Source: the human T2T-CHM13v2.0 reference genome, Homo sapiens
Direction: 5' to 3' (one strand)
Length of the DNA: 64,000 nt
Assembly (NCBI RefSeq): GCF_009914755.1
Contig: NC_060947.1
Shown piece after piece: positions 10,957-22,910 of this stretch. Position 1 is the first letter of the stretch. Every line of letters begins with the position of its first letter. Made by a program: the position numbers and the translations under genes. The notes below the pieces were generated by a model. The model had not been told where the DNA came from. It made no database searches and was given only the letters and a program-made list of their open reading frames with translations.

Positions 10957-11599
10957 GATTCCCTTGATTCTTCATTCAGCAGGTACCTGTTGAGCCTCCT
11001 ATGAAGTGTCAGGTTCTGATCTAGCCAGTAGGGAACTCCTCAGTGCAGTAGTGTTTCTCTTGGACTCACACACCTTTTCTGCTTTCATGAAAACCCACAC
11101 ATTCCCTCCACAGCCTCCCCAAAATCTTCCATAATCCTCTCCACACTTCAACAATTGTGCTTGAGCACACCATTTCCCCCCACCCCCACCCCACCCCACA
11201 CACGCAGTCCCACCACCCTGGAGCGCACCACTTCCTCAGGAAGCCCAATCATCCACTCCCTCCCGGACCTCCGAATCAAAAGCAATCCCATGAGCCCTGC
11301 CTCATTGGCCAAAGGCCAGGGCTCAGGGGGCTGGAGCAAGGAGTCCTCCCGAAAGGGATTCCGGGAGAGCTGAGGGCGCGATGGGACATCAGGAGCAGTT
11401 GGGGGTTCCCTGCTGAGGTAGCAGAGAGGGGAAGGGGTTGGGAATCTGGCTCAGGAGGGTGGGAGGAAATAAGAGGCGTGGAGAACGAGGACCTAATTCT
11501 GATGTCAGCCTGTGGTTGCCTCAGCCTCCGGCAAGTCAGAACCAGTCAGACGGTCTGAGGGAAGATCCAGCTTCTGCTTCCCTTCCCGCTCTTGCCACA

Positions 11600-11730
11600 A
11601 AGGCCAATGAGCTCTTGCGCTGCCTTCGACCTCCCGCCGCTGTGGCTGGCGACCAATGAACCTCGAGATCTCTTGATGCTCACGTTCTGAGGCCACGCCC
11701 CCATCACCTCCCCGTAGCTTCTCCCGCTCC
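11600..11730 (-). promoter_or_regulatory. Candidate proximal promoter/first exon region of DMRTC1
   Basis: Local CpG enrichment, CCAAT at about 11654 and Sp/KLF GC-box 'ggccacgccccc' at about 11691, 2.4 kb upstream of the ATG. Inference only. Confidence 0.35.
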
Positions 11731-11983
11731 CTGTACTAGGTCAGTCAAGAAATCGTGAAGTGATCGTTGAGCTTTATGCTCCCCAGGGCTTGTTTCCCAG
11801 ATTAGTCTCCCTTTGGGTGTGAAATATTTGGTGTGCATGCATTTATAACTCATGTACTTGGTATTTTGTAATTTACCTTTTAAAAATTCAGCATGTGATT
11901 AAAGATCGATCCATATTTCCATGCCGCGGATTCCCAATCAGTGGTGACTTTGCAACCCCCAGGGAACAATGCTTGGAGACACT

Positions 11984-13130
11984 TTCGTCCATATTTGTGT
12001 GTCTCTGTTTATGAACTCCCTGTTATGTTCCACAGATAAATGTGTCTATTCCTGTACCACTACTAAATTGTCTTAAATTTTTTCACTTCGCAATACATCT
12101 TGACATCTGCTAGGGCAAGTCCCTGCATGGTGTTCATCATCTCCAAACACATCTTTGCTATTCTTTGCCATTCTTTGCCTTCTTGTCCTTCCGCACGAAT
12201 TAGTATGCAATGTCAAGTCTCCCCAGACTCAGTCGTAACAGCTTTGGATTGCATTTTCACTGAATCTATGGATCAGTTAGGGGGAGAATCTACTATCTGT
12301 AGAATACTCAGCCTTCCTGTTCACCAACTTGGGATGTCTCCACTTATGTGCGTCCTTAATGTTTTAATCTTTCAGTTCAGTTTTTAGTTTCATCTTTTGT
12401 ATATTTAGATCTTGCACATCATTTATTGTATTTATTCCAAGATACTGTAGATTGTTGCTGTTCTTGTACTTGATGTCTGTTTAAAAGGACAATTTCTATT
12501 TGGATCGAATTTACAGAAATGCCTTTAACTTTTAAAAACGTGACTTGATCTTAAAGTCTGTCAACATGCTAAACTCTATAGTAGGCGTTCTGGGATTATC
12601 TGTGAGTTTATGCATAGTAGAAATAGAATTGAAGTTATGGGGGTTTTTTGTTTGTTTGTTTTTTTTTTTTTTTTGGTTGGTTGGCTGTTTGTTTTTTAAC
12701 AGCGCTGGCTAGGAAATTTAGTACCAGATCTAATAGCGACAGCAAAATTGGGCTTCTTTGGGTTGTTCCGGATTTTAAAAGGAATGCTGCCAGCATTTCC
12801 ATATTAATATTGTTTCCTTGTGTTTTCCTTAACTTTTCGTTTCCTTTTCTTTGCTTTCCTTTCCCTTCCCTTCCCTTCCCTTCCCTTCCCTTCCCTTCCT
12901 TTCCTTTCCGTTCTTTCCTTTCCTCCTTCCTTCCTTCCTTTCTTCTTCCTCTCTCCCTACACCACACCACCTCCACCCCCGAATGTCTTAGGCCTTTTGT
13001 CCTTCTGCATAAATTAGCATGCAATTTCAAGTTTCCCAAAAACTCGGTTGTAACAGATTTGGACTGCATTTTCACTGAATCTATGGATCAGTTATGGGAG
13101 AATCCATTATCTCTAGAATACCCAGCCTAG
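11984..13130 (-). mobile_element. Degenerate L1ME-type ORF2 fragments
   Basis: 'ttggattgcattttcactgaatctatggatcagtt', 'gctaggaaatttagtacc...gggcttctttgggttgttcc' are antisense L1 ORF2 motifs. Confidence 0.55.
12835..12950 (+). repeat. (CCCTT)n/(CTTC)n pyrimidine microsatellite
   Basis: Directly visible. Confidence 0.9.
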
Positions 13131-13221
13131 GTAACTTCCCAGGTTTTTTCCAAAACCTTCAGCCAAGTTTAACTTATAATCCAAAAGGTTAAAAAATCAT
13201 AAATGTATATCTTAATCAGTT

Positions 13222-13382
13222 TTCTATCTCTTTCTTTCTTTTCCTTTCTTTCTTTCTTTCTTTCTTACCCTTTCTTTCTCCCTTTCTCTCTCTCTTTCTC
13301 TTTCTCCTTCCTTCCTTCCTCCCTCCCTCCTTCCCTCCCTCCCACCCTTCCTTCCTTCCTTCCTTCCTTCCTTCCTTCCTTG
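13222..13382 (+). repeat. (TTTC)n/(CCTT)n pyrimidine microsatellite
   Basis: Directly visible. Confidence 0.9.
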
Positions 13383-13431
13383 GGCTGCTTTCTTTATTTG
13401 ATTTGTAAACAAAGAAGAAACAAAAAAGCAG

Positions 13432-13790
13432 CCCCTCACTCTGTCACCCAGGCTGCTGAAGTGCAGTGTCGTGATCTTGGCTCACTGCAACCTCCACCTC
13501 CTGGGCTCAAGCAATCCTCCTGCCTCAGCCTCTCAAGTACCTGGCACTACAGGCACACGACCATCCCCAGCTAATTTTCGTATATTTTGTAGAGACGGGG
13601 TTTCTCCATGTTGCCCAGGCTATCGTGAACTCCTGGGACTACAGGCACACGACCATCCCCAGCTAATTTTCGTATATTTTGTAGAGACGGGGTTTCTCCA
13701 TGTTGCCCAGGCTATCGTGAACTCCCGGGCCCAAGCAGTCCGCCCGACAAAAGTGCTGGGATTACAGGTGTGAGCCACCAAGCCAGGCCT
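13432..13790 (-). mobile_element. AluJ with internal tandem duplication
   Basis: AluJ-type 'ctgggctcaagcaatcctcc' and 'tgttgcccaggct'. An 88-bp segment is repeated (13546-13633, 13638-13725). Confidence 0.85.
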
Positions 13791-13987
13791 CTTAATGAGT
13801 TTTCAAAAATTAAATATACGCATGCAATTAGTATCTAGAACAGGCAACAAAATATATGAGCAACACACAAACCTCTCTCGGGTCCCCTTCCAGTTACAGC
13901 TTTGCTAATGTCAAACCAGCTTTCCTCTCCCATAGTAAATGTAACTTAGCTATGGTGTATTAATTTTTTTGTGTATGGTACATTAGA

Positions 13988-14555
<568 letters not shown>

Positions 14556-14559
14556 AGCA

Positions 14560-15720
14560 CAAGAGAGGATAACATAAGGAACCTCCAAATATCCATCTCC
14601 CAACTGCAACCATTAACGACTCATGGCCAATCACATTTCATACATATCCTCTCCTCTCCCCCTCCTCCAGATTATTTTCAAGCAAATATCAGAAATCAAA
14701 AAAGTACAAAAATCATACGTGGATATCTTAATGTATCTTATTTGATTTGTAAACATTTCAGTGCGTAACTCTAAATATGAGGAATCTATTTTCCTCAACG
14801 TTTTATTTTGAAAATACACAAAGCTGAGGGGGTAATACAGTGAACAATCTGATGCCTAGATTCACGTTGTCTCATTGCTTTATCTCTCAGTAATTTTTTT
14901 TCTTGCCTAACCACGTAGCAGTTCCAAACACTTCACCCAGTTACTTCAGCATGCACCTCCTAAACACTAGAATGTACTCCTATGAAACCGCAGTGCCATT
15001 ATCACATTGAAGAAATGTAACAATGAAGGGGTAATACTATCCAAGTTCACATACAGTTCATATTTAAATTTCACCAAATGTCCCAATAATATCCTTTTGA
15101 AAGACGTTTTGGGGGATCAACAATCCAGTCAAGCATGGTACACTGCACACAGTTGTCATGTCTCTTTAGTGTCCTCTAATTGCAAACAGTACCCCCAAAC
15201 AATTTTTTAAACCTTCCATGACGATGACATTTTTTCCAGAGCCGAGGCCTGTTGTCTCGTAAAGTGTCCCACAATACGGGCTGGCCTGATATTTGCCTCT
15301 TGTTTATATTTATGTTTGACACTTTGGGTACGAATATTAAGAAGGTGATGAGCAGTTCACATTATGTCACATCTGGAGGCTCCTAACGCCAGTTTCTCTA
15401 GTTATCGGTGATGCTGTTTGTATTCATCAGTTTTATCACTTAACTAAGGTATTTTTCAGACAGAGTACTACACTGGGAAGGTACTTCTCTCCCTTTGTGA
15501 TTAATAAGTAGTCTGTCAGGATATTTCGATGACATGCGGATATTCTGCTCTCCAACAGAATTTTACCTCTTGGCCTTAGTATTCATTCAGGGCTCCTGCC
15601 CGATTTGATTATTACTTTGTTGGTTAAAAAGTGGTGATTTCTCTAATTCTATAATTCATTTCTGCTTTTATGGATGGGCATTTTGATGTAAAAAAGCTCA
15701 TCTCACCCCCTCCCCCACCT
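14560..15720 (-). mobile_element. L1MC/ME-type 3' UTR fragments
   Basis: Degenerate antisense old-L1 3' sequence ('gttgtcatgtctctttagtgtcctctaat'). Confidence 0.45.
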
Positions 15721-16016
15721 CGTTGTTGTCGATGTTGCATTTGCTGTGGCAGAGACAGAGCACAAGCTGTTTATTCGTTTTGTTGAAAGAAATGTAAAGA
15801 GAATAAACTGGACAATATTAAGAGAAATGTAAGCAAATACATGATGAATTTGATAAGAATTTTCCCTCTAACAGTCTAATCAGATTGACAAAATTCGTTG
15901 CCTGAAATTAGAATTAATTGGTCAGCAATAGCAAAAAAGGCAGTTTATGATAATTATTAAGAGGATCTGAGGTTATTAATTTGGCCAACTAAAAAATGGC
16001 TCGGATCTTGTAGAAT

Positions 16017-16047
16017 ACACACACACAGACACACACACACACACACA
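16017..16047 (+). repeat. (CA)n microsatellite
   Basis: Directly visible. Confidence 0.9.
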
Positions 16048-16679
16048 TTTTTGGTGGAGACCTCATAAAAAGGTATTGTTATTTCAGTTACATAACGCAT
16101 AATAGAAAATTATGAGACCACATATATAATATTTTACAGAACGCAGAAGGCCTTCACCTAAGTCGCCACTCAAATGTCCATGTAATACAAGACCTTTCTA
16201 ACAGTATGGAAGAATAATTGATTCAAAGTCTGAAAAATTTCAACTACCTTACTTTTAGCATTACATGAATCATGGGAAATTTTGTCTCCAAGAACTTTCC
16301 AATTTGCAAAGACACGCTCGTAGCATGAAAAATTGAACTCATAGTGCAGTTATTTGGGTATCATGTCTACCTCTTAGAAAGGAAATCGAGTTAATTGTGA
16401 AAGACATCGCAGAAACTAGTTTCTATGGTGAAAGGCAGGGATCTGGCTGTTAGTTCAAAAATCAAATTTTGTTGTGATTTAAGTCAAGAGTCTGATGTTT
16501 CTTTTATTTCTTCTTTCCATTGTATGATTCATATTGAAAACATAAGGGCTTAGCTTCCTAAAGTCAACTATATGAAAAGTTTCATAACTATAGTTATTAA
16601 AGTCATTCAGTAAATATGCACAGAGGCAGTGAATCATCATAGGCTTATTTTGTCAGTCTTTGTTGAGTTTTGTATGTTT

Positions 16680-19600
16680 TGTTGGTCTTCTTAAAGACCT
16701 CGGTTTTTATTTATTGATTTTCTCTATTATTTTTCAGGTTTCCATTTCATTGATTATTTTACCTATCTTTCACATTTCCTTCCTTCTGCTTCTTTTGCTC
16801 CTCTTTTTCTAGTTTAGTGTAGTGACATCATAGATTACTGCTTTGATAATTTTCCATTTGTCTAATGGAAGCACTTAATGGCATAAATTTTCCTTTCAAC
16901 AATGCTTTAGCTTTGCACCACAGATGTTGACATGTTTTATAATCATTTCCATTCAGTTCAATTCACTTTCTGAAGTCCTGGAAGATTTAGTCTTCAGTAT
17001 TCTTTTTATTTAAATTGGCCAATAAAAATTGTATATATTTGTGGTGTACAACATGATGTTTTGATAATAAGTATACACTGTGAAATGGCTAAATCAAGGT
17101 AATTATCATATGCATTACCTCACATACTTACCATTTTTTGTGTGTGGTGAGAACACCTAAAAACTACTCTCAGCAAATTTCAAGTATACAGCATATTGTT
17201 ATTAACCATAGTCACCACGGTGTAGAATAGATCTTTTGAAATTATTCCTCCTGTCTAGCTGAAAGTTTGTACCCTTTGGTCAACATCTCCCCCACTCCCC
17301 CAAACTCCAGCCTCTGGTAACCACCATTCCACTCGCTACCTCTAAAAGATCGACTTTTTCACCTTCCACACATGGAAATGCCACGTGTTGTTGGAAACGC
17401 CATGATTTCCTTCTTTTACATGGCAGAACAGTATTCCATTGTGTATATAGACCACACTTTTCTTTATTCGTTAATCCGCTGATGAACACTTAGGTTCATT
17501 GTAAGTCTTGGCTATTGTGAATAGTGATGCAGTGAAGATGGGAGTGCAGATATCTCTCTGACATGCTGATTTCATAGCTTTTGAATATAGTCCCAGAAGT
17601 GGGGAGGCTAGGTCATATGGTAGTTCTATTTTAACTTTATGAGGAACCTTCACACTGTTTTCCATAATGGCTCTCCTAGTTTACATCTGGAAGATTTTCT
17701 CTTTAGCCCATGGATTGAGTGGCATCCTTAACACTGAGTGGTGGTGAAAATCCTGACATCATCCCAGCAGGGACAAAGAGGGGTGTCTCCTTATGGCCTG
17801 GTGGGAGTATATGTTGGAGATCTCCACATAATCCTGGTGATATGATAGCGCAAAGGGACCCTCGTCTCTGCCCATGGAAATGAATGTGGAAGTCTACGCT
17901 CCCCACTAGATCTTTGCTGGCATGAGTGGGGAAGGGGCCACAGAGTTTTCTGAGGTGTTCGACTGGAGTAGAGCAGTTATTGTGAAAAATATTTTCTGTC
18001 TTGTTTGGCTGCCTCTTTTCTGATCCTTAGGCTAGGCAGAACAGGCTTTTGTAGGTTTATTTCTTTGTTTCTTCACCTGTTTTGTTTAGTTTTGTTTCGT
18101 TTTGCCTGTGCATTTTGGCATTCCCTAGTAGCTGGTTTCTTCAGCTCCAAGTTTGGGATATATCAGGCAAAAACAAAACCCAAGGAACTCACCACCATGT
18201 CGTTCTGAGGTCCCCAGTTGGTCTACTTTCTTCTCTCCACTTCCAGCCTTATGTTTGTTTTATATATAGTGTCTAGAATTTTAAGTTGTACTTAGTGGGA
18301 AGAATAGGGAAATGTACAACTACACCATCTTTCCATCTTTCCAGAAGCAGCGGTCTCTATAAATTTATTTTATTTAAAAAAGCAAAAAATAATTATATAT
18401 ATTTGTGGGGTACAATACGATGTTTTGATATATGTATACAATGCGGAATGATTAAACTAAGCTAATTAGCATATCCATCTCCTCACCTACCTATCATTCT
18501 TTTGTGGCGAGAACATTTACAATCTACTCTTTTAGCAGTTTCAAAATACGTAATACATTATTTTTAACTAGAAATGCTGTGCAATAGATCACTAAAGCTT
18601 CTTGCTCCTGTCTAACTGGAACTTTGTACTCTTTGACCAACATCTTCCCTTGCCGTATCCCCCCCAAGCCCCGTCACCCCCAGCCTCTGGCAACCATCAT
18701 TCTACTCTCTGCTTCTATTAGATCAACTTTTTAAGATTCCACATGAGTGAGATCATGTGGTATTTGTCTTCCTTTTTTTTCTTTTATTTTTTAGTTGACA
18801 CATAGTAGTTGTGCATATTTACGAGGTACAGAGTGATATTTTGATACATCCATTCAATGTGTAATGACTATACCAGAGTAATTAGGGTATCCATCACCTC
18901 AAACATTTATCATTCCTTTGTGCTGGAAACATTCAAAATCCCCTCTTCCAGCTTTTTCTTAGCATATACTATACGATACTGTTAACTGTATTCAACCTAC
19001 AGTGCTATAGAACACTAGAACTTATTCCTCCTATCGATCTGTAATATTGTATCCATTAGCCAACCTCTCTCTATCCTCCCCTCCCCTCTATACTTCCCAG
19101 CCTCTAGTAACCACAATTCTACTCTCTACTTCTATGAGCCCAGTTTCCTTCAGCTTCCACATATGAGTGAGAACGTGTGGTATTTGTGTCTTTCTGTGCC
19201 TACCTTGTGTCACTTAACATAAAATCCTCCAGGTTCATTCATGTTGCCTCGAATGACAGGACTTCATTCTTTCTGGTAGCCGAATAATGTTCTATTGTGC
19301 ATAGATACCACATTTTCTTTATCCATTCATGTCGACGGACACTTAGGTTGATTCCGTATCTTAGCTATTGTGAATAGTGCTGCAATAAACGTGGGGAAGC
19401 AAATCTTTCTTTGATATACCGACTTCCTTTCTTTTGGATAAATACTCAGTTGAGGGACTGTTGGATCATATGGTAGCTCTGTTTTTAGTTTTTTGAGAAA
19501 CCTCCGTACTGTTTTCCATGATGTCTGCACTAATTTACACTCAGACCAACAATGTGTAAGAACTCCCCTTTCTTCACATCCTCGCCAAAACTTATCTTTT

Positions 19601-22310
19601 TGTCCTTTTCATAATGGCCATTCTAACTGGGGTGAGAGGATATCTCACGGTAGTTTGGACTTGCATTTCCCTGATGATTAGTGAGGTTGAGCAATCTTCC
19701 ATAAACTTCTTGGCGACTTGTATGTCTTCTTTTGAGAAATGTCTATTCCGATCCTTCGCTCATTTTTAATAGTGTTATTTGGGGGAGTTTTGCTGTTGAG
19801 TTCTTTGAACGTCTAGTGTATTCTGGATATCAGTCTCTTATCGGACGATTAGTTTGTAAGTATTTTCTCCCATTCTACAGGTTGTCTCCTCACTCTATTG
19901 ATTGTTTCCTTTGCTGTACAGAAGCTTTTTAGTTTTATATGGTCCCATTTGCGTATTTTTGCTTTTGCTGCCTGTGCTTTTGTAGTCTTACCCATAAAAT
20001 ATTTGCCCTACTAGAACAATGCCCTGAAGCTTTTCTCCTTTGTTATTTTTATAGTTTCAAGTCTTCCATTTAAGCCTTTAAGTTTCTATAACAATATCAC
20101 GGTGTCTTGGTTACTATAGCCTTATAGTATATTTTGAAGTCAGGCAGAGTGATGCCTCCAGCTTTGTTTGTTTGCTTCCCCCAACCCCTCAGGATTTCTT
20201 CGTTTATTTGAGGTCTCTTGGGGTCCCATATGAATTTTAGGATATTTTTTTCTATTTCCGTAAAAAATATCGTTGGTATTTTGGGTGGGATTGCATTGAA
20301 TCTGTAGATTGTTTTGGGTAATATGGTCATTTAAGCAATTTTCATTCTTCTAATCCATAGGCATGGAATGCCTTGCCATTATTTTGTGTGGTCTTCAATT
20401 TTTTTTATCAGTGTCTTGAAGTTTTCATTGTGGAGATCTATCACATCCTTGGTCACATTTATTCCTAGATACTTTTTTTTTTTTGTAGCTACTGTAAATG
20501 GGGTTGCCCTTTTTTTTTTTTTTTAATTTTACTTTAAGTTCAGAGATACATGTGCAGAACATGCAGGTTTGTTACATAAGTATACATGTGCCATGGTGGT
20601 TTGCTGCACCTATCAACCCGTCATCTAGGTTTTAAGCCCCGCATGCATTAGGTATTTGTCCTAATGCCCTCCTTCCCCTTGCCCCCCACCCCCAACAGGC
20701 CCCAGTGTGTGATGTTCCCCTCCCTGCGTCCATGTGTTCTCATCGTTCAGCTCCCACCTATGAGTGAGAACATGCGGCGTTTGGTTTTCTGTTCCTGTGT
20801 TAGTTTGCTGAGAATGATGGCTTCCAGCTTCATCCATGTCCCCGCAAAGGACATGAACTCATTCTTTCTTATGGCTGCAGGGGTTACTCTCTTGATTTCC
20901 TTTTCTGCTAGTTCATTATTGGTGCATAGAAGCACTACTGATTTTCGTACGTAGATTTTGTATCCTGCAACTCTATTGAATTTGTTTATCAGTTCTAAGA
21001 GTTTTCGGGGAGTCTTTAGGTTTTTCCATCTATCCGATCATGTCATCTGTGAAGGGGTGCAATTTGACGTCCTTTCTTTCCATTTGTATGTCATTTATTT
21101 CCTTCTGGTGCCTAATTGCTCTGGTAGGACGTTCAGTACTATGTTAAATAAGAGTGGTGAGAGTGGGCCTCCTTCTCTTGTTCCTGTTCTTAGAGAAAAG
21201 GCTTTCAGCTTTTCTCCATTCAGTATGATGTGGGTTAGTTATATATACAGCCTTTTATTATGTTGAGGTATATTCCATTTGTACCTAATTTGTTGAGAGC
21301 TTTTATCATGAAGTGACGCTGCATTTTGTCCAACACTTTTTCTGCATCTACTGAGCTGATCATATCATTTTCAATCTTTGTTCTGTTGATGAGACAGATT
21401 ATTGATTCGTGTGTGTTGAACCATCCTTGCATTTCTGGGATAGATCCCAATTGATCGTGGTGTATTATCTTTTTGATGTGCTGTTGGATTCAGTTTGTTA
21501 GTATTTTGTTGAAGATTTTTGCACCTGTGTTCATCAGGGACACTGGCCGGCAGCTTCCTCTTTTTCACTGTGTCTTTGTCTGGTCTGGGCATCAGGGTAA
21601 TGCTGGCCTTATAGAATGAATTAGGAAGAATTTCCTCCTCTTCCCCCACCCCCTCCCCCTCCCCCTCCCCTCCTGCCCTCCCCAACCCCCACCACCACAG
21701 AAATAGCCAGGCAGGCAGTCTTGGGAAGGAGGGGCAAACACGGGGGCATGTGGCTCAGATGCACCTTGGTCCCAGGGCAATGGCAGCGGGGCCTGTGTTG
21801 GGCACATGAGCACGCCTGGACTCCGCTATCTCCCGGCCCAGCAGACAGTAGGAGCTGCAGCTGCTTAGGGCAGGACACGGAGCCTTGGGGGTGGGCACCT
21901 AGAGCCATGTTTTGCTGCAGCTGCCCAGCACACTGAAGCCTTTTGGGCTCCACACAGGTTCAAGCAGTGCCTCTGCATCTTCTCCCTGTAGCTCTGCCTG
22001 CCAGCCCAAAGGGAACTCCTGTGTCTAGGATCTCAGAGGTCCACAGCAGGAATGTGGTGCCTTAGGGTTCCTTCACTCACCACTTCCTCGGGTCCAGTCT
22101 GTGTCCAGGGGCCAGTCGTGGCACCCAGCAATACCAAACAGGCAGTCCTGCTTCCTCCCTCTTCCACCACAGTGTCTTCCATTGCCCCTTTATTGAATTC
22201 CCATGTTTTCTCTCAAAAGATGTGTTTGAAGTGTGCAGATTTACTTAATATTTTGCTTCCTCTCTGGGGAAGAGGCACATCCCAGCTGCATTTGGTCAAC
22301 CATCTTTATT
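16680..22310 (-). mobile_element. Cluster of nested antisense L1 fragments (L1MA-type 3' ends at about 17005, 18360 and 18775; ORF2 pieces; old L1 5' piece at about 21700-22310)
   Basis: Minus-strand ORFs with L1 ORF2 C-terminal motifs (ELPYDP..., [22 protein letters not shown]). Confidence 0.8.
20510..20879 (-). mobile_element. 5'-truncated L1PA 3' end inserted in older L1
   Basis: Poly-T then L1PA 3'UTR ('gtgccatggtggtttgctgcacc'). TSD ggggtt(g/a)c(c/t)ct. Confidence 0.85.
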
Positions 22311-22910
22311 CCCAATCAAAATAAGCAATTCTGTCTGATAAAGCCATTGAAAAAAATGCAAGAGAACACTAAGAAAAAAAAAAAGCACGTATGTTGAATA
22401 GATTTTTTTTAATGGTATTTGAAAGACTCCCACGTATATCAAGAATATTTAAGGAACTCTATCATATGCAAACTGCCAGATTTTGGATTGAAAAAATAAT
22501 AATTCAGAAAATTTTCAGTCTTTAATTCTGGATTTTTCCCCAGTTCCTAAGGTATGTCCACCTCCACTGAGTTAATATTCAGAAAGGTATATTTCATCTT
22601 TAATAACCAAAAATTAGTACTCCTGTGAAAGCTGTTAAAATGACAATCAGGAAATTCAGTAAATGTGGCAAATTGGCCATTATGTAAGTGCATTAATTTG
22701 AGGAGAATTGATTGTGTTGTCACCTAGCATCACTAAGCATATCAGGGAGAGTCATGAACATGAAGGATCTCTCTCCCTGGCCACTTTACGTCCGTGGAAA
22801 CACAGGGGAAAAGCAGCTCACTGTTGGTCAGGTGAGGCAACTGGATTCCAAATCTCTTAATTTGGGTCACTAAAACAGACTGGGTGTTTATGGCATTAAG
22901 AGGTTGCTCA

